Positions 37,957-50,761 of a DNA stretch of 64,000 nucleotides are shown here, piece by piece. Numbering within the stretch: position 1 is the first letter of the stretch; every line of letters starts with the position of its first letter. This stretch comes from Lytechinus pictus. Its lineage: Eukaryota. The notes under the pieces were generated by a model. The model did no database searches and was not told the DNA's origin. It saw only the letters and a list, made by a program, of their open reading frames with translations. The translations under genes were made by a program, and so were the position numbers. The stretch lies in the NCBI RefSeq assembly GCF_037042905.1, contig NC_087246.1, forward strand, positions 3,598,001 through 3,662,000, given 5' to 3'.

Positions 37957-38019
37957 GGCGACTGTTCTTGATGGTGACGGTGACGACTGTTCTTACGGTG
38001 ACAATGTTATTGAACTTTA

Positions 38020-39187
38020 TGTGACGTATAACTACTAGTGACTTGACAGTAGACAGTACTCAAACAAAAGACTCGGTGACGCGGAATTTCCAGTTATCAT
38101 ACGATGCATCAAATATACAATCTGGGCATACCATCTAGCATACCATCGAGCATACCATCGAGCATGTTCAATCTGTAGCATAAAAATATAAACAAACAAT
38201 AATAAGCATCTGTATATGCAGTTACATTTATGTACTTGCATGAGATAAATAAATAGTCTATGTATTGCACAAATTATTTGTGACGTTTGAATCTTGCATA
38301 AATAAATATTCTGGTTTCCTGTAACAAATTTACCTGTCAAATTCTGTCAATGTATTCAAATGACCTTGAATAAACTTTGCTATATGCGGTTAAATAAACA
38401 AAACCTTTACTTTGTCTCATTTGTCCTTTATATCAACTACGATACTTAAATATTACCTTGCCTCTAAACTATATACTCTGGGGCATTATTGACTAGCAAT
38501 AACTTTACTCAAACCAAATAACTAGGCTTTCATTTCACCTTCACTGTATGTGTTATTTGTAATTATCAGGGCTTTAAAATGCACCAAAAACTGGCTTTAA
38601 TGCCTTATTTCCAAACTCATACATATACTGTATCCTTTTCAACAACTAGAGCCAAATGTAGCTAACAAAGAACAACATTTGTTTATTTGACATTCCATTT
38701 CGTTTACAACTCTGAACATGAATAGCCTACTATGCACTGTGTGCGAGATTACCACACAGTACCGTACCAATATGCTATTACGCAACACTCTTCATGTGCA
38801 TGTCCAATTACCTATTAATGTACAATGTCAATATACGTTTATCACACCTGTATTCTATACGTTAACTCCAAACACTTTCACCAAAGTTATGAGCTAAATT
38901 AACAACAAATTAATTATCGTCTCGAGTTAATTTTGGTTCCATATATTCAGTTAAACATTACATTACGGAAATATAAAGGTCCTTTTACTTACAACATTGG
39001 ACTTGTACCGATTATCTTGAATTCTACTGTAAAGTCACGACGGGCTGAACTTTAAATCTTTGTCGATCTTGGCAAGGCAAATTTCCAACGCCCTCTATCG
39101 ACCCAGATAAATGATACTACGACCCAATAACGTCTCTGACGTCATGTTAAATATTTCAAAGAAAAAATACACTTTCTAAATCTTACA
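38020..39187 (-). repeat. 5' LTR (1168 bp)
   Basis: TGTGACG...CTTACA, near-identical to 29493-30672. Lies just upstream of the minus-strand gag ATG (37956). Confidence 0.95.
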
Positions 39188-39350
39188 CCCTTTTTTCATT
39201 ATTTTTGTGTTTTTGACACCCTTATCACGTTACGTACGTAACGTGCCCTATCGTGAAAAAGACATCCTTTTTACGTGTTTTTTTGGTCGCGCATGGTATC
39301 CACTCGTCAATGTAAGTGGCCCCCCCGGGGCAGCTGGTCTTGGGGCCCTG

Positions 39351-41338
39351 GGGCCCGTTTCTCAACACATGGACAAGTTAGTCATATCTTTATCCACCAA
39401 CCACGGAGTTAGTTCCAATCTTACTAAACCTGTTTCTCGAAAGGCTTCCTAACTAGAATACCTTGATATCGATACTATCGGTAAAAAGAGCAGACGAGAC
39501 GTAGCCTTAGTCACAAAATAGCATAATTTTCAAAAAGAAAAATTATTACAAAATTGCAAATATTATGATGAATTGGGAAATAAATCTTTTCAAAATAATA
39601 GCACAGGTGAATTATGCATCATACATACTTAGACCATGAAGACTGGAGCATTCAATTTCAGAGAAAATAATTCATTTCATGACTAAAAAATCACTTGTGG
39701 ACGTTGAGATGGGTACCCCCGGGAGACCCAATTTTAATAGTTTACGAAAGTAAACCATAACGGTTTTCTTTGTAAAATGATGATAATTATACGGACCATT
39801 ACGATTCCAAACGTCATCAAAATATAGTTAACGAAACATTTTTGTCTCACCTGCATAGCAGAGTGAGACTATAGGCGCCGCTTTTCCGACGGCGACGGCG
39901 GCGGCGACGGCGGCGGCGGCGGCGTCAACACCAAATCTTAACCTGAGGTTAAGTTTTTGAAATGACAGCATAACTTAGAAAGTATATGGACCTAGTTCAT
40001 GAAACTTGGCCATAAGGTTAATCAAGTATTACTGAACATCCTGCCTGAGTTTCATGTCACATGACCAAGGTCAAAGGTCATTTAGGGGCAATGAACTTAG
40101 ACCATGTTGGGGGAATCAACATCAAAATCTTAACCTAAGGTTAAGTTTTTGAAATGTCATCATAACTTAGAAAATATATGGACCTAGTTCATGAAACTTA
40201 TACATAAGGTCAATCAAGTATCACTGAACATCTTGCATGAGTTTCACGTCACATGACCAAGGTCAAAGGTCATTTAGGGTCAATGAACTTTGGCCGAATT
40301 GGGGGTATCTGTTGAATTACCATCATAACCTTAAAAGTTTATGGATCTGATTCATGAAACTTGGACATAATAGTAATCAAGTATTACTGAACATCCTGTG
40401 CAAGTTTCAGGTCACATGATCAAGGTCAAAGGTCATTTAGGGTCAATGAACTTTGGCCAAATTGGGGTATTTGTTGAATTACAGCCATAAATTTGAAAGT
40501 GTGTTGGTCTAGTTCATAAAACTTGGACATAAGAGTAATCAAGTATCACTGAACATCCTGTGCGAGTTTCAGGTCACATGATCAAGGTCAAAGGTCATGT
40601 AAGGTCAAAGAACTTTGGCCACGTTGGGGGTATTTGTTGAATTGCCATCATATCTCTATAAGTGTATTGGTCTAGTTCATAAAACGTGGAAATAAGAGTA
40701 ACCAAGTATCACTGAACATCTTGTGCGAGTTATAGTAGTTTTCAAAATCAGCACTGCTGCTATATTGAATCGCGTGATGCAGGTGAGACGGCCAGAGGCA
40801 TTCCACTTGTTAATAATTGATACCGAAAGATACGATATTGGACAAATTATATGCATAAATTAGAGATAGAATTCATCCAACTGTTAATAGGGGTCTGAAA
40901 ACAACAAATACGAGTTCTGTTATGGATGGCCTGACGTGGTAGAACTAGAATCTTTATCGATTAAATCATTTTACTATTTCAAAATTAATGGTTTTGTGGC
41001 GTTTACCAACAGTTTTTATAGTTTCTTTGTATTACAATTATCATTGAATGCATTAACCCACTTGTTTTGTGATGTAATTTCAATCTCTATGATTGATTAT
41101 GTAAGATTATAATTTTAAAATTTCTAGGCACTTTCGCATGTCATAGTCTACCCACGTGATGCCACTACGTCATTAAGAAAGAAGTTAAGACAGGTTCGGA
41201 GGTGTCATAAATATTTAGTGAGGTTGTTGTACCCGATCTTGGTAAAGAGGGCTTCGTGAAACGGTTAGCGGACAAGTAGCTCACTATCTCCGATTTAGTC
41301 AAGAAGTTAGACTTATGACGGTGTTGAGAAACGGGCCC
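39351..41338. mobile_element. PIF/Harbinger-like non-autonomous element containing the HINE copy
   Basis: TIR GGGCCCGTTTCTCAACAC / GTGTTGAGAAACGGGCCC, 3-bp TSD CTG. Itself inserted into a GGGGCC..TTTCATAAAGCTGTTC MITE like the one at 44107-44290. Confidence 0.8.
39839..40811 (+). mobile_element. Helentron-associated (HINE/DINE-like) element
   Basis: T-run, GTCTCACCTGCAT...ATGCAGGTGAGAC subterminal inverted repeat, (GGC)n microsatellite, ~5 tandem 160-190 bp units, end CCACTTGTT. Confidence 0.75.
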
Positions 41339-41526
41339 CTGTTTCATAAAGCTGTTCACTATGTTTAAAAGTTAGAGTGACTTCAACAACTGGCATGACC
41401 ATGATTACTGGTGATCCTTGTGGTAAATGATATTCACCATTTATTTGATCATGTTAATGATTGATGATTATTTAATGTAAGATACTAAGAAGAAGGTTCA
41501 CCAGTCATTCCTAACTAAAGACTTAA

Positions 41527-42109
41527 AGGAGAATGAAACTCTTGGAGCAAGTTAGCTTTTGTGAAAGCAGAAAAATCAAAGAATAAGATCAACAAAACTT
41601 TGAGTAAAATAGGACTAGCAATAAAAGAGTTATGAGCATTTGAATGTCGAGATCACTAATGCTATGTAGATCCTCCCATTGGCAATGCGACCAAGATCTG
41701 TGATGTCACGCACGTACAACTCTCCCATTCGGACACTGAAAATATACCCCAAAACATATCTTTTTGCTCATTCTAATCATATGACAAACGATTCATCAAT
41801 GATATAATGTTGTGAAACCTCTGTACTTGTCATCTCATAAAGAAAACACATAACCTTGTGATAGACTCTATAAAAGTGAGAATATAAGTGAAATAAGTAC
41901 TAAAGTAATGAGGGAGTTGTACGTGTGTGATATCACAGATCTTGGTCGCATTGCCGATGGGAGGATCTACATGGCACTAGTGATCTCAATATTCAAATGC
42001 TCATAACTTTCTTATCATTTATTCAATCTTCCTCAAACTTTCAACAATATGTTTCTTTGATTTTTCTCTTTGATATGGATTCAGCTAGTTTCAAGGGTTT
42101 CATTCTCCT
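41527..42109. mobile_element. TTAA-target (Kolobok-like) foldback MITE
   Basis: TTAA|AGGAGAATGAAAC...GTTTCATTCTCCT|TTCA, with internal inverted arms 41640-41725 / 41912-41998. Confidence 0.8.
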
Positions 42110-42287
42110 TTCAGTCACTCTTAACTCACTTGCTCACTGCAACCATCCTGCCTGTGGGATTCTACAGGTAGGACTATGGTTAGACAGGAATAACAATCAT
42201 TTCTGGGGATTTAACAATTTCTGACATTTTACTATCATCCCCATTCACTGACGGTAGTGTGTTAGTGCGAGCCTGCATATATATATA

Positions 42288-43116
42288 CAGTGCGTCCCAG
42301 AAAAAACCAAAGCGAGATTAAGCGATGATTTATCACAACTTAATCACAAATACAATCAACAAATGACCTACCAATGTAAAGCTTAGAATCTCCTCTTTCA
42401 TCTGATTTTACTTAGATTATTCCTCATTCACGCATGAGTGAGCAAAAACAATTTGAAGAAAGGATGCAAAAAACTCATTTGGCGGGGGGTATCTGAATTT
42501 CAAAAAGAAAATCACATGCCTAAAAAGTTCAATATGTGCTCTTGTATTTGATACCTTAATCAGACAAAATGGTCGAGAAGTAAAAAAAGTTATGTTCCCT
42601 CGAAACAATGCTTGTATTTCCATAATTTCATTAAATAAACGTGTTTTCATCGGTTTCCCACAGAAGCTATCGCATGGTTAACAAAAGACTTAACATGCTT
42701 AATGCATGGCTGATCGTCAACAAAACGGAGTGTCAAGAAGTGAGTTTGAACGCTAGCCTGTAGAACCTCTTCATTTTATGAAATTATTGAAATTCAAGCC
42801 TTATTTCAAATAACCAGAACTTTGTTATTTCCTGAACATTTTCTGTAATTGAGGTATCAAATTAAAGAGCAGATATTAAACTTTTTAAAAATGTGGTTTT
42901 CTTTTTGAAACCCAGATACAGTCTGCCAAATGACTTTGGTATCCCCTCTTCAAATTGTTTTTGCTCACTCATGCGTGAATGAGAAATAATCTAAGTAATT
43001 TCAGATAAGGGGAGATTGTAAGCTTTACAATTGTAGGTCATTTGTCTATTGTATTTGTGATTAAGATATGATAAATCACCAATAAATCTCGGCTTCGTTT
43101 TTTGTGGGACGCACTG
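42288..43116. mobile_element. Tc1/mariner-like MITE
   Basis: TA|CAGTGCGTCCCA...TGGGACGCACTG|TA within (TA)n, ~170-bp imperfect TIRs. Confidence 0.85.
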
Positions 43117-43574
43117 TATATATATATATATATATAAAAGAAAAAGAAGGTTAGATGATTTCCTGTGTTTGAATCAGTGTAGGAAAAACATATTGTGATG
43201 GGTAATTTTGCCCAACTTGCCTCCTAAAATTCTTCAAATCAAAAACTTTGGGATGACGCTCTTCTCTCAAGTTGCCCTAAGATCTGCCACAAACAATATT
43301 GAAAAATATGTAGAAAATCAGTATATTCAATATGGCAGAATAACCATATAATTGCCTACTGTGCAAGAAAGTAGCACCTTGAAATTAAAAAAAAGCCCCA
43401 GAATTCAGCAATCACCCCAATATGAAAAAAAAAATGGTCCTTATGAAATGAAAATAATTTATTGATTGTATGTTTGATGATATCCCAAATTAGAGGAAAT
43501 TGAAGTAGGGAAAAATTCTACTTTGTAATCACAAATTATGTATATTTTCATATTAAAAAAAAAAACCTATGCAG

Positions 43575-43995
43575 GAACTTTTACACCAAGGTGAACAACT
43601 CAAGAGAGTGGACACCAAACTGGACAAGATGGACAAAGACCTTGATACATCTAAGAAACATATCACATCAATGAAATCAATATTTGGAGGCATTGTAAAC
43701 TACTTCAACAAACCCAAAGCTGGCCAGCAGGAGCAGCAAGCCCCGTCACACGGTTCTAGCAACCTTAAGACACACATGGAGAGGGTGGAAGCAGAGGAAG
43801 AGATGAGAAGAGCTAACTCTGATCATCCTGCTCTGAAGCTCAGAGGGGTGGGTGCTTCGGAGCCCAGTGCAGGTTCTTGGGGCTCATCTTGTACAGGAGG
43901 ATTTGGAGGGGAGAATGATGGTGGAATGTCTAGCAGTAACGTGTTGCAGTCACATAGTATGAGGGACTTTGATAATCATCTCAATTCTAATCTAG
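43575..43995 (+). CDS. SNAP29: SNAP29 coding exon 2 (rest of Qb SNARE and linker)
   Basis: TGCAG acceptor, then ELLHQGEQLKRVDTKLDKMDKDLDTSKKHITSMKSIFGG. No SNAP25-type Cys cluster. G|GTAAGC donor, 421 nt. Confidence 0.93.
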
Positions 43996-44983
43996 GTAAG
44001 CTATATATTGTAGTGACAAACTGAAAATGAAATGGACTACATATGACTTTTCTACAAAGCACAAAATTGGAGAAGTAATGAGATAGAGAATAAAAGAAAG
44101 AGACCTGGGGGCCGTTTCATAAAGCTGTTCGTACATGTAGGTTAAGAGCAACTTTATTAAGAAAGACTGGTGAGCCTTTCTTACGCGCTGAATAATCACC
44201 AATGGTGTATACCATTTACCAATAGAAAGGATCACCAGTCGTTCTTAAAGTTGCTCTTATCTTACAAACAGCCTTATGAAACGCCCACCAGGTAATACAT
44301 GTATAATAAGATATCATGTTTGTTCTAGAAAATAAGTCAGAAAAAAAAAATCTTGGAACCAGACAGATATGAATTTGTTTTCTATTGATTGGTAGGCATG
44401 TCTCTACCACCAGGCCATTTCTAGTCCATGGCACAGCACATACACGGATCTAGACTAGATTTGCCAGAGGCATACCACTTGTTCAGATTAAATACACAAT
44501 CTTATTTTATCGAGAGCAAACCAGCATTGTCTCTGTATAAGGTATTTTTTGCAACTGCAATAGGGACAGATTCAAGAACACAGTAAATATATTGAAAGTG
44601 CCTGTCAATGACAAAGAACAGCTGGGAGGTCTTTGTTGAATATTGATGAACCGGAACAGAAGTTTAGTCCTAAGTTCTAGAGCTGACAAAAAATTGCAAA
44701 TTTGTCGTTTGTCCTGACTCCAAGATGAAACTGCCATTGTGATTCACCAAGTTTTGGTTGTGCTATGTCATGGATATATTTTCTATGTTCTTTAATCTGT
44801 TGTGCGTCATGGAAGCAAAAACTAGATTATTGACATTTCCCCCAACAAACAATTTACAACTCTGCTAAATCAGCAACATTGCCACATGATTAATTCCATT
44901 CTGAAAAGTAGGTCAGATCAGATGAATTTAGATTTGCTGAAAGTTTATATTTGTTCATTATTATGAAAAATATTTTCTTTTAA

Positions 44984-45577
44984 AGGGGAATCCAACCCAA
45001 ATAAAAACTTGTTTTTATAAGAAAAAGAAAAATCAGACAAGTTTATAGGTGAAAGTTTGAACAATATTGGACAAACAACAAGAAAGTTATGAATTTTTAA
45101 AAGTTGTAAATATTGGTAATCACTATACTCATGGAGACTTCAAATTGGCCGCATATGGGATGTCATAGTGATGTAAGGCAAGGACTACTCTTCCATGTAC
45201 TCCAATACATATTATGGCTAAAATGTCATTTTTCCCAAAAGTTTTATTTCAAATTATATTTTTCTTTCATGAGGACATTAAACAATATACTACCTGGGTT
45301 ATATTTAGATTACTGCCCCAGGGGAATGGGTACTTAGGAGAAAACCACAAATCCCTGATAATAAAGTACATGGCCTATGGGAAAGTTGTCCTTGCCCCTT
45401 GTCATAATTTACTTACCCAGTTGCCAATTTGAAATCTACATACTATTAGTGATCTTAATTTTAAAGCAGCTATAACTTTCTTATTGCTTGTCCGATTTCT
45501 TTCAAACTTTCACCATTCTGTTTAATTTATTTTTCTCCTTCCCAACACAACATTTTATGGCAAAGGCTGGATTCCCT
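44984..45577. mobile_element. TTAA-target (Kolobok-like) MITE
   Basis: TTAA|AGGGGAATCCA...TGGATTCCCT with imperfect long inverted arms. Confidence 0.6.
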
Positions 45578-47183
45578 GAAATCAGAATTTCTTGGAGGAG
45601 ATCTTAAGTTGAATCATGGATCTATTTTAGATAGACATTCAACGTGATTCTTTGATCAAAGGAGATTTGCTGCCTAGAGATTATCTCTAGTCTTAATCAG
45701 AACATATAGGTGATGTGATAGTTGCGACTACCAAGGGTCATCAGATCATAATACAAAGAAACAGTTTTCCAGACCTTGGTTTTGTTGGCTAAATTGAGAA
45801 AAAGACAATTTTTATGATATGAAATATTACTTGGTCCCAGGCCTGCTTGGTCCGCAAACTTCCACACATAAATATAATTACTTCAATAACATTGAGAGAT
45901 ACATGATCTCTACACATGTGCCTTTTGTCTCTGGAATATTAGGAGGAAACTTGGAAATTGGGATTATAAATGATACACAATCAGTCACCGTTTTTTCTTA
46001 TCTTAAAATATGCATATAAATCGCAATAGAACACATGGAAATAAGATTACCAAAGGTTAACCAGAACTTCCTAATGCCTCATGTTTCATGAAAATTAATT
46101 AAATTAAATTAATCTTTTTAATGAAAATTTTGCATTGTCTTGTTTCCTTTGAGGATAATGATACTTTCTGATTGCTGATAATTCTCAATTTTTTTTTTCT
46201 GATTTGTTAACAAAGGGAAAGTGGAACACTCTTCTTCTACATCAATACCAATTAGTGGTGTAGTAATCTAGTTGTATGATTTGTTTCCTTCATTGGCTTA
46301 CACTAAGGTAGTCTACAGTTTTCTAATGTCTGTAGATAGTGTTTCCTCCATCCCTTCCTTCACCCATTTCATTCAGGAAATGAGTGATGAGTTTTGATTT
46401 GTCTTTGCAGTAGAACTCCTTGAATGATGAATTGAAAATGACTTTTGAAATCCATATTCATTGAAACTGAGTATTCATAATATTAATCATACCTATTGAA
46501 TTAAAAATCCTTATTAACATGGCTAGAAATTGTTACAGTTCCATTTTCTAACAACTTGGACAAGAAACAATTCAATTTACTTATACATGTAGACTCATGA
46601 AGATTGAATATTTCTTAACTGCATTTAATGAAATATACCCCCATTAGGAATAAATACCTTGATGAATGTTTGATTGCCTATATGGGTAGCACTGCTAAAG
46701 CCAGTGTAATATAGCAGCGCTCTGTACCCTCTGGCAAAAAGCGATTTATAAATCCAGCTATTGTTATTATCATTATTATTAATGCTAGAAATTTGATTTG
46801 AAAGTATAGAATTTATGGCAAGAGAGAAATTTGAAAAAGAGTAGAGTCAAAATAGAGGTAATTTTTATTGTTATATTGATTAAACAGCATAGAAATTGTG
46901 TTTAGATTTATTTTCCTGTCATCTGAGGAATTCCTTAAGAATACATGAAATGTAAACTACACGATGGATTGATGCAAAGTGTAATTTGCATATTTTGTTC
47001 AGATTGCATGTTATATTCTTTATATATATATTTTGTAGTTACCATGCATATAACTATCAATGCAATATTTTAAGGTTTTTGCCCTGTTGAAATACATTTA
47101 TCCTGCTCATTTGATTGTAGATGATTTAGGTAGCAAATTACAATCATTCTTATATTTATCTTCTTCTTCTCCCTATCAACTAG

Positions 47184-47350
47184 ATGAAATTGGCTCAGGT
47201 ATTGGTCGCCTAAAGGGACTTGCCATGGGATTGAATGATGAACTGGAGAGACAGAATGCTGATATTGACAGGATAACAGGCAAGGTAGAGAGAGTAGATG
47301 ACAAACTGGGTAAAACAGACAAAGAAGTAAAGAAGATCCTTAGAAGATAA
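47184..47350 (+). CDS. SNAP29: SNAP29 coding exon 3 (Qc SNARE, stop)
   Basis: Pyrimidine tract plus CTAG acceptor, phase 1. DEIGSGIGRLKGLAMGLNDELERQNADIDRITGKVERVD...ILRR*. The three exons total 834 nt = 277 aa plus stop. Confidence 0.93.
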
Positions 47351-48078
47351 TGAAGGCTGGTATCAGGAAACTTGTCAGCCGTCTCTCCTCAGTTAGGTTT
47401 AACGATGTGACTATATTATATTTTTTTTATCATCAATGTTTTGCCCCTCGATCATATTTTTGTCAATATCCAGTCAACATGAATTCTCTCATTTCTAGAT
47501 TATTACATTTGCTGTTTGTGTATCTTTCATGGTAAATATTTTGTTAATTTACCTGTTGTCAATACTCAATGCAGTGGGTGAAAGTTACCAGCACTGACAG
47601 TTAACTAATCTACAGACCAGTTCTTCTCAGCCAATCAAATCCAAGGATAAAACCAAATTGTCAGAGCTGCTTATAACTCTCATGTAACACCTTCCAGATG
47701 TGTTCATTCTTTAAATACTCTTGCATATTTTAATGATATATTTTGGAATTGTGCTGAAAATTGGGATTTTAGATTTTTTCTATTATTATTGTTATTATTA
47801 TTGTTGTTGTTTTGTTTATTTGTTTCTGTATTTGTTTTGAGGGGGAGGGGGTCAGTGTTGGTACTTGGCAGGTATGACTTTATGAATTCTTAAATGTTTT
47901 TAAGCTTTGTTTGAATGAAGGGTCACTTTCTAAGCCTTGTCACTCATATATGCACCAAAAGTTGTGAAAATTTTCACCTTTCAGCCACATAGTGTTAGTA
48001 GCCAATTTGCTTTTAACATATTGAAAGATATGATGGATTTTTCTCAAAGCCAATTCCAGAGGATATGATTACAAGCTA

Positions 48079-49591
48079 TTTTTTGTCTCACCTGCATAGC
48101 AGAGTGAGACTATAGGCGCCGCTTTTCCGACGGCGACAGCATCAGCATCAAATCTTAACCGAAGGTTAAGTTTTTGAAATGACAGCATAATTTAGAAAAG
48201 TATGGACCTAGTTCATGAAACTTAGACATAAGGTTAATCAAATATTACTGAACATCCTGCCTGAGTTTCAGGTCACATGACCAAGGTCAAAGGTCATTAA
48301 GGGTCAATGAACTTAGACCATGTTGGGGAGTCAATATCAAAATCTTAACCTAATGTTTGGTGTTTGAAATGTCATCATAACTTAGACAGTATATGAAACT
48401 AGTTCATGAAACTTGGCCACAAAGGTAATCAAATATTTAGTGAATATTGGATGGCCTTGAGTGGGATGCGAAGAAATATTGTACGAGCTGAAGAACAATA
48501 TTGGATGAGTCGAAGACGAATCGAATATTGTTCTTCAGCGAGTAACAATATTTCTACGCATCCCACGAAAATTGGTCATCCAATATTAGTATTATTATTT
48601 AGATACCCCCACAAAGCTAAACATAAAGTAATGAAGCAAAAAAAAAAAGTTTTTAGTAACCATCATCATTTATGGCAATCCTGTAAAGTTCATGAAACTT
48701 GGCCAATATCATGAGCATGGCGCCTGAGTATTGTCATTAAAAAAAAAGAAATCTCTGTAGTAAAGTAAAGATGCGCTAGCGTATAGTGCAAGCGCATTTG
48801 AATTCAATAAATAAACGCTCCTTTACCACACTTCCTGGCAACTAATACGCAATGCAATTTCATTGTGACGTAACAATAGCTTCATGCGCACATTCATTTA
48901 TTAACCAATGATAATCTTGTGGGCAGGGCAAAATATTCATTTCGTCCAATATTTTCAATATTGGATGGTTTTTATAGGCATGCACGTTAAAAATCAGTTT
49001 TAATATTTTGTCTCTTTGAAACAACCTCGCAAGACATCAAAAAATATCTGCGCCTCTAAAACCCTACATCTAAATGATAATACTGAATATCCTGTCTGAG
49101 TTTCAAGTCACATGACCAAGGTCAAAGGTCATTTAGGGTCAATGAACTTTTGCAAAGTTGTGGGTATTTGTTTAATTACCATCATAACTTTGAAAGTTTA
49201 TGGATCTGATTCATAAAACTTGGACATAAGAGTAATCAAGTATCAATGAACATCCTGTGCGAGTTTCAGGTCACATGACCAAGGCTAAAGGTCATTAAGG
49301 TCAATGAACTTTGGCCATGTTAGAAGTAATTATTAATATTAATATTAACTTTCAAAGTTTATGGATATAGTTTATGAATTGTAGAAATTGGGGTAATCAA
49401 GTATCACTGACAAGTCTTAGGTCACATGATCAAGGTCAAATGTCATTTAGGGTCAATGAACTTAGTATTGTATCATTATATGAATGGTGTTTTTTGTGAA
49501 TAATTATTTTATAGTAGTTTTCAATGTCAGCACTGCTGCTATATTGAATGGCGTAATGCAGGTGAGACTGCCAAAGGCGCTCCACTTGTTT
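48079..49591 (+). mobile_element. Third HINE-like copy, interrupted by an unrelated insert (~48445-49080)
   Basis: Same termini and tandem modules as 39839-40811. Confidence 0.7.
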
Positions 49592-50271
49592 AAGAATAAT
49601 GCCGTGTGCTTGTCCTATCTGGTGCAGAAAATGACAAATCAAATGGATTCAAAAGAATTCAATATAAAGTTTCTGCATCTCTTAACTTTATTTGTACATG
49701 TATCTGCACTCTTTGCATTTCATGTAAAGTGATCACTAAGTCTGATATAACAGAATTTTATTGAATTAGCCGGGGTTTGGGGTACATGTAATTGGTTCTA
49801 CTTTATTTTGCAAAAATTAAAAAAATTGAAAAGTGTAATGTGTTACTAAATACCAATCTTGCGATTGAGCGCACTCATAAGTGACTTACCCCCCCAACTG
49901 ACGTGACCCACTGTATGCGACTGAAAAGGAGATTATTTGTAAACAAGATGAGGAGATTGTAAAGAAGTAAAGCATGGATGGATAAAGTGATCTATTTTTT
50001 ATTGCAAATATTCATATATTTGTTAATTATTTTAGGACAATTCAAACCTTTATCTGTAATCTCACTTAAAAATAGAGGCAGCAGCCTCTGGATTGGGGAG
50101 GTTACATTTTAATTCCTATACATAAGACCTCGAAGTATCCTGTTTTTCCAACTGTCCAAATCTTGTCACCCTGCGGGGCTATGCAATTTCATACTAGCCT
50201 GGACTATATAGGGTTAAGCAGTGTCAAATACAAGTTACTGTAATAAAGTACAATGTATTAAATGTTTACCC

Positions 50272-50740
50272 AAATCAAAGATACTACAAGGGGAAGATTG
50301 GACAGTACATAGACCGCGTAATGAAATGCTCTGGAAGAGCGCCCTACAGCGTTGAGTAAGTAACGACCTTTTTTAACCTTTGCTTATCGCGAGATGGTTG
50401 TGTACAAAACATATGAGAGAAGGGGTGAAGGAATAGACGATTTTTACATTTTAGATTTTTTTTTCTTCAATTTTTTCCCCTTGAATTTGAGATGAATATA
50501 TTTCAGAGGTTTTTTGGTAATAAAACATAGAATTATTCCCATGTGCCACCCTTGAGCCCTCTCCAAACTCCTCCCCTCTCTCATTTCCCCCATATGTTTT
50601 ATACACAGTCGCGTGCTGATATGCGAGAGTTTACTTACTCAACGCTGTTGGGCGCCCTTCCCCATTTTTATAAGCATTTATCGAGCGTTTCAAAAAATCG
50701 TTGAAGTGTCCGTTCTTCCCTTTGTTGTATCTTTGCCCAA
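50272..50740. mobile_element. Inverted-repeat MITE-like element
   Basis: CAAAGATAC..ACAGCGTTGAGTAAGTAA versus TTACTTACTCAACGCTGT..GTATCTTTG. Confidence 0.6.
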
Positions 50741-50761
50741 ATTCAACCAGTCTCCTATATA

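Larger units (their letters stand above)
29493..39187 (-). mobile_element. BEL/Pao-type LTR retrotransposon, non-autonomous (pol deleted/decayed), in SNAP29 intron 1
   Basis: Two ~1.17 kb TG...CA direct repeats, 5-bp TSD CCCTT (29488-29492 and 39188-39192), BEL Gag-PR ORF and a BEL-style PPT. The uninterrupted host repeat at 62441-62460 shows the empty site. Confidence 0.95.
28882..39329. mobile_element. MITE with CCCGGGGGGGCCACTT TIRs, split by the LTR element
   Basis: ~45-bp TIRs at 28882 and 39329, 8-bp TSD GCAGCTGG (28874-28881, 39330-39337). Intact sister copy at 62069-62588. Confidence 0.9.
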
